A DNA stretch of 64,000 nucleotides from Styela clava (Eukaryota): contig NC_135255.1 of NCBI RefSeq assembly GCF_964204865.1, positions 3,534,001-3,598,000 on the forward strand, in the 5' to 3' direction. The position numbers and the translations under genes are program-made. Position 1 is the first letter of the stretch; every line of letters starts with the position of its first letter. Below, one piece after another: positions 25,759 through 37,752 of the stretch. A model generated the notes under the pieces. That model saw only the letters and a program-made list of their open reading frames with translations. It searched no databases and was not told the DNA's origin.

Positions 25759-26716
25759 ATGGAATGTGGACTAACACTCGCAAGACAATGTTCTTTCAAA
25801 CAAAGCAACGAAAAGTACAGAGCTACAGTCATATGGAAAGATTTAGTCATGTCATTTCGTGCTCGTGTTGTTTGTAAGAAAAAGCGAAGACATTTGAAAA
25901 GTTTTGAAAATTGTTTTTCCGGATCATCAGCCGTAAATAAGCTATTTCAAATTCTGCAAGAAAACGAAAATTTTCCACAAGAAATTACGAAGGAACAGGT
26001 AAATGCTAAATAGTGTCAAACAAAATCCTAACAAAATTGAGTTTAGATTCATCAAAAATAATCACAATAATATATGAATATAGCATTACACTATTAACTA
26101 ACTGTTCCTTATTATTTTAGGCCGTCAAACTTCTGCAAAAGTTTCTTTCGGAACATGTCCTCGAAGCGGTGGATGGTCAGTGGGAAAATGAAACTTTTTC
26201 TGATTCAAGCAAATTATACAGGTATATGTCGTTTCATACATGAATGTATGAACATTAATGATTTTTCTGGAATGAAGTGAATTTCTAAGTGTCTATTACA
26301 TTGACTGTACTTTGTGAATCATGAAGTGATGTAAAGTAGCAGCTAACAGAACTGTCTTTTGCATCACATTGTCCCATTTGTGTCTAAATTTGGAATAATT
26401 TGTAGTATAGACACCAATAATAAACTTAATTACAGAAATATGATGAAAAAAATTGGTTTATTATTTAGATTTACATTGCATTGTTTAACACCACAATTTT
26501 TTTAGATTTGCAGATTGGAAAGATGGATACGCAAATACCACGCCAACAAAGAATAAATATAAGATAAAAAGGCATCACGGAACTGATAAATTAACCAGAA
26601 AAATATTTCGTGGATTGAATTATATCGAAGAAATATCAAGTCCAACAGTTGTAAAAAAAGCTAGAAGATCAGGAGTATTTACAAGAATACATGCAATCAC
26701 TCAAAATGTTAGATAA
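25759..26716 (+). CDS. DEPDC1-like: DEP-domain-only protein, paralogue 3 (183 aa; possibly decaying)
   Basis: Exons 25759-25998, 26121-26221 and 26506-26716. YRATVIWKDL...FR...KKRRHLKSFENCFSG...ITKEQ|AVKLLQKFLSEHVLEAVDGQWENETFSDSSKLYRF. The first two introns match paralogues 1 and 2; the basic tail is different. Confidence 0.78.
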
Positions 26717-27282
26717 AGTTCAAGTTAAACACTTTACTATACATCGCGTACATTCAGTTACACAGAATGTGAAAATCAAATCAGTGTGAAAAAATGACTC
26801 GAATAGGAGGAGAAGTCAAAGGATACATCTCAACAATGAATGTACAACAACGGAAACAAACAAACCGAGAAATTTTTCACGTCACGATAAGACAATTATG
26901 ACATAACATACAGGTACTCTTTCAACATGATGTTTCTAAAAACCAGCACGTAAAAACACCGTTCGGACGCATTCAGCCATGAAGAATATATATGGTTTAT
27001 CTGATCAGGGGGAACGAATGGATCCTTTACTCAGAAAATCAGAAGTAAAACAATCATGTCAAGATGGAAATAATTCCTAACAACGATGCAGTTTATTTGG
27101 ATAACAATAATTCAAGAAATTTATCACATCACAATGTTCTGATGAGTCTCCGGGTGGGGAGGATTATGACTAAGCTATATATATTCCTTCGACACAGAAT
27201 TCTAAAAATCCTGCTAATTTGACAATTGAATACTCTGGAAACACTTATCACTTTGCACATAATTAATCAGAATAACCTATGC

Positions 27283-27604
27283 CAGGGATGTGCAACCTGC
27301 GGCCCACGGATCGAATGTGGCCCACAAGGAAAACTTGTGCGACCCGCGGAGAAGGTACAATTTTGAAGGGTGTGCGACCCGCGAAACGAGTATTCAATTT
27401 GGTTTAATCTAGTACGTGCGATTCCTCTGCGTTGCAAAGCCTTTATCTGAGCTTGTGCCAAGCGAACAACGCATGTCACAAGATCAATACTCAAAATTGT
27501 CGTGTCTGCAGCTACTAGGAAGTAAGTACATATTAAGGCGCGGCCCACAGTTTCACCCATTTATTTGTATCTGGTACCTTTGCTTCAAATGTTACACATC
27601 CCTG
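27283..27604. mobile_element. hAT (Charlie/Buster-like) MITE (322 bp)
   Basis: TIRs cagggatgtgcaac and gttacacatccctg; perfect 8-bp TSD acctatgc with central TA; gcggccc subterminal motifs. Confidence 0.9.
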
Positions 27605-29963
27605 ACCTATGCTATTGAACCAAACGTTACAGAAGTTCACGGTGGCTGGTTGAACGTTATGGAGAAACAAAAGATAATCTTTTCTATTAATTCCTATTTA
27701 GTTCTTCAATATGGTTCTTATATTTTACGTTTTGCACTAACTGTTCCATATTATTTCCTTTATGTCCATTTTTTATTTATTTTTTGATTCATTTATACAA
27801 TTTTTGAAATATATTCATTACAATGAATTCGAATAGTGTATTCTTATAAAAGATAAAGGCATACAGGCTGTTGGAATAAAAGTAAACTATTTCCCCTCTC
27901 GCAAATGCAAACAATATGATAGCTGTGTGTGCCTGTTACCAACTTTCTGGTATGAAGTACTTCATAACAATTTTTATATGGGATTTCAAGCATGCCTTCA
28001 TCAATGTTTTATAAATGTTTTGCCGTTAGAGAACATTACACTATTTTTTGGGTTATGAACCAAAAGCACTTTCGAATTAACTCAGCAAAATATAGTATGA
28101 TAGCCTTGCTTAAAGAGTTGATATAAAGTTTATCCGATTACTAAAAATGAACACAAACAATGCGGATACGGTGTTTAGAGGGGAATGTAAAAGCAAATCA
28201 CATGTCAGGAAGGAAGTCTACAATAATAAAAATCGAAAGAAAATCATCTGATTACAAATAATTATCAATTTTAACTCTTTCATCTATTATAACGCCTTTT
28301 TAAGTAATCTTATCATGTATATCGAGGCATGAAGTTTTTATTTAAATCCTGTTTGATTTCAATACTCACTATATCATTAAACACACAAGGTGCAAATTTC
28401 GATTCGAGTCCATCTCCGTTCAATAAATGAATAATACTGCACGTCTATTCTTATCTTAGATGCTTGTCCCAAATTATTACAATGAAAAAGGAATTGTCGA
28501 CGAAGCAATTCAAGTCAAATCAAATCTTGAAGCTAGGAACAATTTTAAAAAAAAATTGAGATTAAATTGAGTAAAAGGAAAATGGAAACACACGGAGGCA
28601 TGTGAAAAATACTTCATCAGATGAGCAATTACACTTCGTGAATCAGAGAAAGATGAAATTTTTGTACGAGAACTTTCAGTAGTTATTGCTTTGTTAGAGA
28701 GTAGAAAACCAATGAATTGTGTTGATAATTGTTTCTTGTTTGCATGATACAAGTTTGTTGTTTTCGTGTACATCATCATATTTATACTTAATATTTCAGC
28801 GAAGTTGATTGTTAAAGACGTTTCAGTGGGCCTAAAAACCATCGTGAAATAGATAATAGATATTCTAAAATATATAATTTTATCTCAAAATGTTTTTTGT
28901 CAATTGTCATTTTACCCTGAAATGGAAACTAAAAAATATGCAGTAAAGTATGACTAAATTTTCAATCCTACTTTTTGAATATCTCGAAAAAAATTATTCT
29001 CCAAAAGACGTGAATGAAAATTTTGATATTACAATGTAGTACTCAGAGTATGCTAGACTCAAGTTAAAGAACTGTCCTATAACAATTAGTTAAAATTGTT
29101 TTATGAATTTTTTATTATCATATCATAAATTAAAAACACAAGTTAATGTACAAATTATATCTGAGTAAAAATTCAATAAATACACAACTCATCTGGGATA
29201 AATTAGTACGGTTTAATATCCAGGGTAGTGTATAGAATCGTCATCATCAAAAACAATTTGAAATAGATTTATTTTTAAAATTGGTATAAATAAAATCAAT
29301 ACTTATGAATGATTCAGATTTTTAATTTTTCTGGTGGAATTGTTAATTAGACTTTTGATGTTTTAAAAAGTCTCGGTTAGAAGTTTAATACAAGTGGTAT
29401 TGATATGTTTTCCTATTTCAAAACATTTCAATAAATTTTTATGACTACAGGTAATATACTCAAATACAATATATTACACCTGAACGAAAAAACTATGGAC
29501 GATATTTGCAGAACACGTATATGCATAAATATAATAATAAAAAGAATAAGTTTACAGCTGTATACACATAAATTGAATAAATGCAAATTATTTAACTCTG
29601 GACTATTTGGCAACACAACAGCAATAACTGATTTAACAGAGTCCCATTCGGAGTGAAGGCATGAAAAAGGCTCATTGAAAATAAACAATGATGCATATTA
29701 TGCTAAAAACTTAGAGAATACAATACGTTATGTATAATTATTGTAGGTTAATATTTGAATTTCACAGTTGAATAAATAAATTTCAAACGTCCAATAGTTT
29801 TATGCCCCATAGTATGACAACAAAAGATAAAACATGATAAAAATTGAATAATTTATCATGTGTCACAAAATTATAACAGCGTGGTTTTCAATTAAAAAAA
29901 AACTAATAAACTGTGTTGACCACAGCCATTTTTAATAAAAGAGTTTCTAAAGTTATCTTTTAA

Positions 29964-32900
29964 CTACACAGACTTATCTCCCATAGGAACTATTGAGTAA
30001 CCTTTCTTAGACCATTTGCGCGAAAACGGCAAGCCACGTAAGTTTGAATTTCGAAATGATACCCATGTGCTATAAAAGTAAGAGGGAAGTTTTGAGCATA
30101 TCATTAGTAATGAAATAACAATAAAAAGTAGCATAAGAACTGGAAAAATGGATCTTCTAGGAACCGCGACTTCGATTTTATTATCTGAGTCATCCTCAGA
30201 TGTCGTTTGTGCCAAGTCATCTTTTTCTTTGTTCTTCTCTTCATCTAAATGACATTGGGGGATTATGAGATATAAATAAATGAACTTGATTCTATTGCAC
30301 ATAACCTTTCATGTTAGAATTCCCAGAACGGAAAATATTTGTTGATAATTGTACTTTACGCACAAAGTATTAAATATATATTAACCACTTTATTTCGTCC
30401 TCTAACTTTGATTCATTCGTGGTAAGTATAATAAGCGAAGTGAATTGGCAATACTATTACAGTGCCGCACTATTAAACTTTAATCTACATGTACAATTCT
30501 GGTACTTTCTAATTTTTTCAATTTTTATTCTTCTTATATATTTAACGTTGCTCTACCAATGGGCTCTGTGCATCTGTATTATGTTTATTCAATGCCTACC
30601 TCCATTACTTTTGTATTCAGGGGATCCAGTATCTGATGCCAATACATCTGCCTCTATCTCACTATCGTCAGTAACGTCATGTTCAATTTCTGTTGTTCCT
30701 TCTAAAATATGACAAAATGGTTAGTAACGACATAAAAAAGGGTAAAAATAGTACTTATCTATGACTGGGTAGCATTTCGTTCAAATCTTGGCAAAACTCA
30801 AAATATATATAAAAAGATTCTAGTTTCTTCACGTTATCTAGAAAATTTGTGAACGAGTAGAATATGTTTTTGTTCTATATCACACCTAGGAAATTTTCTT
30901 CCGTGAAATCGTTTTGATCCGCTGTAACCGGGTCTCCATGTACTACTTTCGGTGAATCCTCGGTTCGACCAAAATGTATATCTTCTTCTGGTGGATAAGT
31001 AATCTCTTCTGCCATAATCGAATTTGTAGTTACATCATTATCATCACGCCCATTAACATTTTTATACGAGTGCATCGATTCTAAATTATGAATTTGGTAT
31101 ACAATGGTGAGTAATCTAAGTTTTTTCTAATCTTAATAGTGGTGTCGATACTATGAAGCAAACTAAAAATGTAAAAGTACCTGTTGTACCTGGATCAGTG
31201 AGTTGCTTATAATCGGAATCCTTCCTATTATTCTCAGCAAAAATTGGATTTTCAATGCTGGTTTCGATCTCATCGGCTTCGAAACGATATTTTGCTTCTC
31301 CGACGATCTCAGATTCTGGATAATCTTCTTCCTCACCCATGTCCTGAATATGTTCGAAATCTGTTTGATCTGCAACTGAAAAAGGTTGAAAGCAATGAAT
31401 TAGTAACCAGTTCGTGAGAATGCGATTAAATTTAGGCATTATAAATCATTTTGTGGGCTGATCTACATAGGTTCCGTCTATTCTCGGCGAGGCTATTCAG
31501 AAAACATTGCTAATTAGAGACAGGGGGCTGCTACAGTCTGGCTCAGCTTACTCACTTTGTTACGTAGTGCGAATTAGTATATATATTCGTCGATTGAACG
31601 ATGACAAAAACAATAAGAAGTCGACCTCCGCTAAAAACAAAACAATGTTGTCTATGACCTTCTTGATATCGAAACTGTGATTCAACCTTTTAAAAATACC
31701 TCTTTGATCTGTCGTTTCTTCGCGTATGTTTGGTGTTGATTCAGTTGTCAAACCAACTAATGTGCTTGTAGTTTCATCTATTTTAGAATGCAGTGTAGGT
31801 ACAGTTTCACTATCCATTGAAACTTCCATTGTTAAAATAGGAGCAGTGACATTTTCAATCATTTTTTCATGTAATACTGAAGTTGTTGTCTCCGCAATGT
31901 CGGAACGGGTTTCCTTGCTATCATTATTCAGATGTTGACTATTCACACTGGCTGCTGTTGGAGTTTCTGTTTGTTGTTTAGTATTAAAATCATTTTCATT
32001 AGATGGCGCAGTTATAATATCTGTTGTCAAAGGCAAGTTTTCCCTGGTCGTGTTTGAGGTTTCCTTTATAATATTTACACCAATAGAAAAGTTTTCGTCA
32101 ACAATTTCTGACACTGACTGGATGCTTTCGCTTGTCGAATTTATTTCCTCATTATCTGAAACCTTGCTTGTTGAAAGTGATGCATTGTAATAATCTTTAT
32201 CTGTAGATGGACTTATTGCAGAAATATTGATATATTTAGTTCCAAGATCATCCATTGTGTCATTTTTGACAGACATTATCACAGAAGGGTTTTTGTTGAA
32301 TGTGTCCTCATCCCTGTCATCGTGAAAAATATCACCAGATGAATTATTGTAAGATAGTTTACCATCGTTCTCTTCAACAAAAGAAGCTGTCACTGACTCA
32401 TGTGGGGATTGATCTATTAAAACATTGTCTGGAATAGGATAATTTTCCAGAGCATTGAGTGATGAATCATTTCGACTCAACTCAAGAGGTATTGGATTTA
32501 TTGATGCATCGCCAGGCAGGGGACCTCCTCCAGGAACATTGAGTGAGTAATCTTTAGTACTCGACTCATGTGGAATTAGATTTATTGAGGTATCGACAGG
32601 AGTAAAAGCACTTTCGGCAACATTGAATGATAAATCTTTAGTGGTCGAATCCTGAGAAATTGGGTTTATTGATTCATCGTCAGGGAAGGAACCATCTGCG
32701 GGTACATTGAGTGGTGAAACTTTAGTGCTCGACTCGTGAAGGATTGAATTGAATGATGTATCTTCAGGAAAAGAATCAGCAGAAAGAGCACTGAATGATG
32801 AATCTATAATACTCGAATCATGAGGAATTGAATTAATTGGAGCGTCGTTAGAGTAAGAATCATTGTCAGGAAAATTGACTGATGAATCGCTTGTATTTGA

Positions 32901-34352
32901 TTTAACAGGGACTGGATGTAGTGGCACATCTTCAGTATTGAATCTGGTAGGAGCATTCAATGATAAACCTTCCGAACTCTCCACTGATAATCCTAGAATA
33001 GATTCATTCTCAGGTAACGAATATACTGGCGGGGAAAGTGATGCATCCCCGATGAATGAAGTTTCATCGGATGTTTCAGATAACGAAGTTCCTCCATTAT
33101 TTTCAGGCAATATGTTTTCAGATTGAATGTTGATCGGTTCGTTGAATAAGTTATTTACAGGGTTATTCTCTTCTTGCTCTTCCCCGAATATTGTTTCTAA
33201 TGAGTGCTCTGAAAATTCGGGGTTATAATTATCTCCCAGGACATCTGTTGTTGATACTGCTGGAAATTCTATAGCAGGATTTTGCTGCAAAGAATGTGAG
33301 CGAGGTTCTTCAGATGAGATTGGTTTGAAAGAATTTCCATAAAATTCCTGACTGGGTCCACTTTTTGCCACTTTACCAATAAATTCATCGTTGGTCGAAG
33401 CGAGGTCATCATTAAATAATTCACCTTTTTGATTATTATTCGAGTTTTCGTCAACCAAGGAATACACAACAGGTTCATTTGACACTGAAGTTCTTGGAAG
33501 TGAGGAAGATTCTTTACTTTTGAGATTTATGTACGTATTCCTAGTCAAATCGTTCACAGTAATGTCTTCATGCAGCAGTGGATCAGTGACTGAATTTTTA
33601 GATTTTGAATCTGTGTCGATTTCGTCATGCGACTCACCTATAATTATACCCTCAACTGGGATTGAATTTTCATGCAACAATGCGGTGGAATTTTTAAGAA
33701 ACGCGGCTACGACATTGCTATTGGATGAGGAATTTACAGGAATTTCCCGCAGTGATGCCTTTTTAGAAGATAAAGCAAAATTGTGGGCGGACTTTAAATT
33801 TTTATTTGACAACGAAAAGGCTTGACCATCATAATACGGATTAGAAATTTGCTCTACATTTGACAGACTTTCACTGTAAGGTCCTGGATCAGGAATGTTC
33901 GCCTCGATACCTTCTGCAATATTTCCATTTCCTTCAGTAGTTGATTGTTCTGCAGACATAGGATCAATTTCAGGTAAATTACCAAGCTTTGCATATTGCG
34001 GATTTGTCTCATATATATTTGGAAGAACATTTGAATTGATATCTTGCGATAAAACACTTTTTAAATTCTGTTTGCCATCGATAAAACTAAGATTCGATTC
34101 TCCTAGTATATTATTCGAAGCATAATGAGTATTATCTTCAGCGGAACTGGAATATGCATCATCACTTTTTGAGTTATCCAATTCTTGATGTTCATTACGA
34201 GCTAAATAAAGATCCATGTCGGTTGATTCATCTTTGTGAAGGAGCCCAGGGAATCTATCAAGATTTGCAGCTGATGAAATGGAACTTTGATGAACAATAC
34301 ACAGCACGTATGAACAATAAATCCACTTCAGTCCAAATTTAGTTTTTTCCAT
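29964..34352 (-). CDS. Acidic Ser/Thr/Asn-rich mucin-like type I membrane protein (~1141 aa; TGN38/KCT2-like architecture)
   Basis: Exons 34352-31700, 31375-31181, 31080-30886, 30701-30600 and 30244-29964, all joined by phase-1 introns (3426 nt). Probable signal peptide, low-complexity ectodomain, TM segment IFPVLMLLFIVISLLMIC and a tail ending KKGYSIVPMGDKSV. Confidence 0.8.
32394..32840 (-). repeat. Coding tandem repeat, ~5.3 copies of 84 nt (28 aa)
   Basis: PINSIPHDSSIIDSSFSALSADSFPEDT / SFNSILHESSTKVSPLNVPADGSFPDDE / SINPISQDSTTKDLSFNVAESAFTPVDT / SINLIPHESSTKDYSLNVPGGGPLPGDA / SINPIPLELSRNDSSLNALENYPIPDNV / LIDQSPHES. Confidence 0.85.
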
Positions 34353-37300
34353 GTCGATCTACAGCCTAGACCTAAATAATAATAAAAAGTTAAGCACGCC
34401 TAATATACTGTTGTTGAATTGTAAATAAATATACATATGGAAGATATTAAATCTATAATATAAAACGAAATTAAAACATCCGACGAAAGAAGAATTTCAT
34501 GTCGGTTTATTGTTGGTATTGTTTACAGTTGAACAAAAGTACACATATATAATATTGTAATTCCGATCTTACCACCCCAACTTTGTTTATTTTATTCTTT
34601 TGCCCTCGAGCGCAACAAATGGCACAAAGGGGCGGTAACTGTACATTTTACGACTTGTATTAGCCTACTATTGTTATGAAATAATTATGGAGGAGAATGA
34701 AACAAACACAGTAACAAAACCAGTAATTCAATAAACTAACTAACTTCAGCAAAATACACTAAACAAGATTTCTTTGCTAAAAAGTACGTTTAGTACTATG
34801 TTATAAACTCATTTCTATATCTCTAACGTTAACTTTGAAACATTGGCATCTAAATCCTGTGCTCAAATTAGACAAGCTACACACACGAGTAATACACTAA
34901 CACTTGAGTCTATACGTCTGTAACGTAACAATTTGGAATTCTAGTATAAGTAAGACAAACGACAAAAATCGCCTTAGGCGTTTAATACTTTGTGGAGAAA
35001 CGGAGATAAACGTCATGTGAGTATTCTTTGACCAATCCGATTGACCAAATATCCAGTATATAATTAGGAATATAGATTGTACATTACAAACAGCTACTTT
35101 CAGAAGGTTAAAATAATCAAACAGCTAAACACAAAGTGAATATAAGTTTCATGGTATTCTCAATATCCCTCAATCTACACAGTATGATGGTCACAGTTAC
35201 ATGTGCGTGGACCGTGTTGCTTGTTGACTTTATAAATTCTGTGAGCTCTACAGCGTCAAATCTCATTGAAATCCAAGATACGACGATGATTGTAATCTAA
35301 AAGCAAATCTTTTTTCCAGACTCATGCTAGAGTGCACCGTCTGCAGTATAGGCCAAGTTGTCTTTACAAATAAAGCACAAAGCAGTGACAGTTACCATTC
35401 AATGTTCCAGATTTAGAAAAAGTGATCATGTGACCATTGCACATAGTTTGAAAGTTAATCGCATTAGTTGTTGAAGTGCATCCTCCTATGATTAATATTA
35501 AGAGGGATATTCCTAATTTAATTGCGAGTCTTTAATAATAACTTTTTTTCTGTTTAGACTTTAGAACATCGAGATCCTTATTCACTCTTCGCCATAGAAC
35601 ACCCAATGGTAAAATGGCCAAAAAAGCCATTCTTCTTCTTTCATTTTTGTTTAACTTTTGATACTGCTTCAAAATTCATATTTATTTGTGTATATGTCCT
35701 ACTTTGTTTCATTTTACTACAAAAGTAGTTACAAAAATTATTTCTAATGTTGGCTACTACTAGATATTGCTGGTTCATAGTGAATGAACTTTAGAGCTTC
35801 TACGTGTTAAATACTTGATCAGTGGTGCTCCATGTCCATAATTGCAGATAATCAATTGCTAAGTGATTTTATTGCTTCCAATATGTTTAGTAGGGAGGAT
35901 ATAAATGCACAAAAATATCACTTTTAAAAAGAAAATCGATTGAGCTATGTTGTGATATTTCTTTAATAAAGAAACAGCAGTCAAAACAAAACTGAACTCT
36001 ACTGCACCACGTATTTGTGTATTGTGTATGATGAGGATTTGTATCTCAACAAACCCCAATTCACTTCAAACAACTGATCGTGTATTGTAGTCACAGATAG
36101 TAAAATACATAACAACATACTTGTGGTCGCGATGGTCGTTAGCCAAATATAAGCACTATGGAAATTACTTTATCTGAGTATTTGAACAATTCTTATGTCA
36201 TAGTTAGATTTATACGTCATTGTGAGATTATTGTGATGAAACAATTATGCTGAATACTAGAAATAGAACATGTACCAGCACAGCCACGCACTTTCTCTAA
36301 TCATTTCGTTCGTTTATTACTCCAGCACACTATCTTGCGGAATTTTTTGTAGGTGAAATTTATGTCAACAAGAAAATCACCGATGTGCGTGTGAGTATTT
36401 TGCTCATATTTAGAATTGTGCGATTTAAACGTTTCTCGATCTTCTGCAGTCAATTCTATGTATTACACGCGCACCAAAACATATATACATATTTTTTTTC
36501 TATCTTTCTACTACATAAAATCAAAGCAGCAATTAAAATGTCAGATTAAATTACTTTCCTTCTAGTATAATTAAATTTATGCAAGAAAGCCCTTCTAGGT
36601 TGCTCAATTAAATCTGAATTTATTCTATGCAACTAGATAGTTTGAAAAATAATGTTAGAAAGTACAGAGAGCGTTTAATTTAATAATATGCTTCGTAACG
36701 GCACATAAAAGTATAGCGTATATACCCACTACAGTGTGCCCCGCTCATAAACGCTCGCATAGTTCGCAAAAGGTTATTTGAAGCCAAGATGATATCGCAC
36801 CAGTAAGTAAATCAACCCAATTAATTGCTTAATAATGACTCCAGTAAGAGTCTATGAACGTCCATGTGTACAGCATTACGAATGGTTTGTATTTTTTACT
36901 TTTCATATATTTGTTTTTTTCATGACTTTCATGAGTCAAAACAATTATGTGCAGAGTGCTTTTCGGTTTGTTATTGCCTTCGTACGTTACTCTAACATCT
37001 AACTAATAGGCCACTAATGGGAGTAATAGGCCACTAATAATTCAAGTCCTAATGCTGCTCGAAAATTTTAGCCAACTTCAACCGTTTCATCTTTACTTTA
37101 AAAGTACAAGTTGCATGCTATTCCGATATATTCCAAAAAAAGTAAGGCCCGACGCGTCGAATCGTAACATAACATTCTTGTGAAGCCAAACTCTCCTGGG
37201 AGCATGACGGACATTTTCGGTTCAAGGAAGCTAATTTGATCCAAATCAATAGTATTAGGTATTAGGCTGAATGCGAGGGAGAACAGTTTTTAAGGTATCT

Positions 37301-37632
37301 TCCGAAAATTGAAAGCATGTGATTAAAGTGTTTGTTGTGCAGCAATTGATCAGCTGAAAAAAAAAGATGATTTCATATAAAATAATTATAGAAGAGTGTG
37401 GTGATTGATGTCTTCCTCTAATTTATTCATTTCTACATTATACTGCACTGCATCTATCTTTTCATTTTCACAAAGTGTTGCATAAAAAAATCGTATAAAA
37501 AAGTTCTACGCTTGCAAAATATGATATCGCTGAAATTGCACTTTTCGAAAATTTCTTCAGCTGCATCATGTTATGAGTATAAATGAATATCAGCAGAATA
37601 AGTTGTGCTAATTCGTGGTTGAAATAAAGAGA

Positions 37633-37752
37633 GGCCTCATTCTATAATATGAAATACCTTATCTAGAATATGGGAGTTAGAACACAGTTTATGCCTCATT
37701 CCGTAATGTGAAACACCTTATTCAGAATATGGGAGTTAGAACACAATTTATG
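37633..37752. repeat. Two-copy ~60-bp tandem repeat
   Basis: gcctcattc...tgaaa.accttat...agaatatgggagttagaacaca.tttatg occurs twice. Confidence 0.8.

Noticed and set aside
28460-28850. Possible fourth DEP pseudo-exon (KGKW) or the 110-aa minus-strand ORF
   Set aside because: Only a few residues match, stops are frequent, and no DEP core motif is present.
31726-34342. Multiple plus-strand ORFs
   Set aside because: Antisense shadows of the large minus-strand mucin exon. The same applies to the minus-strand ORFs over 44.8-55 kb.
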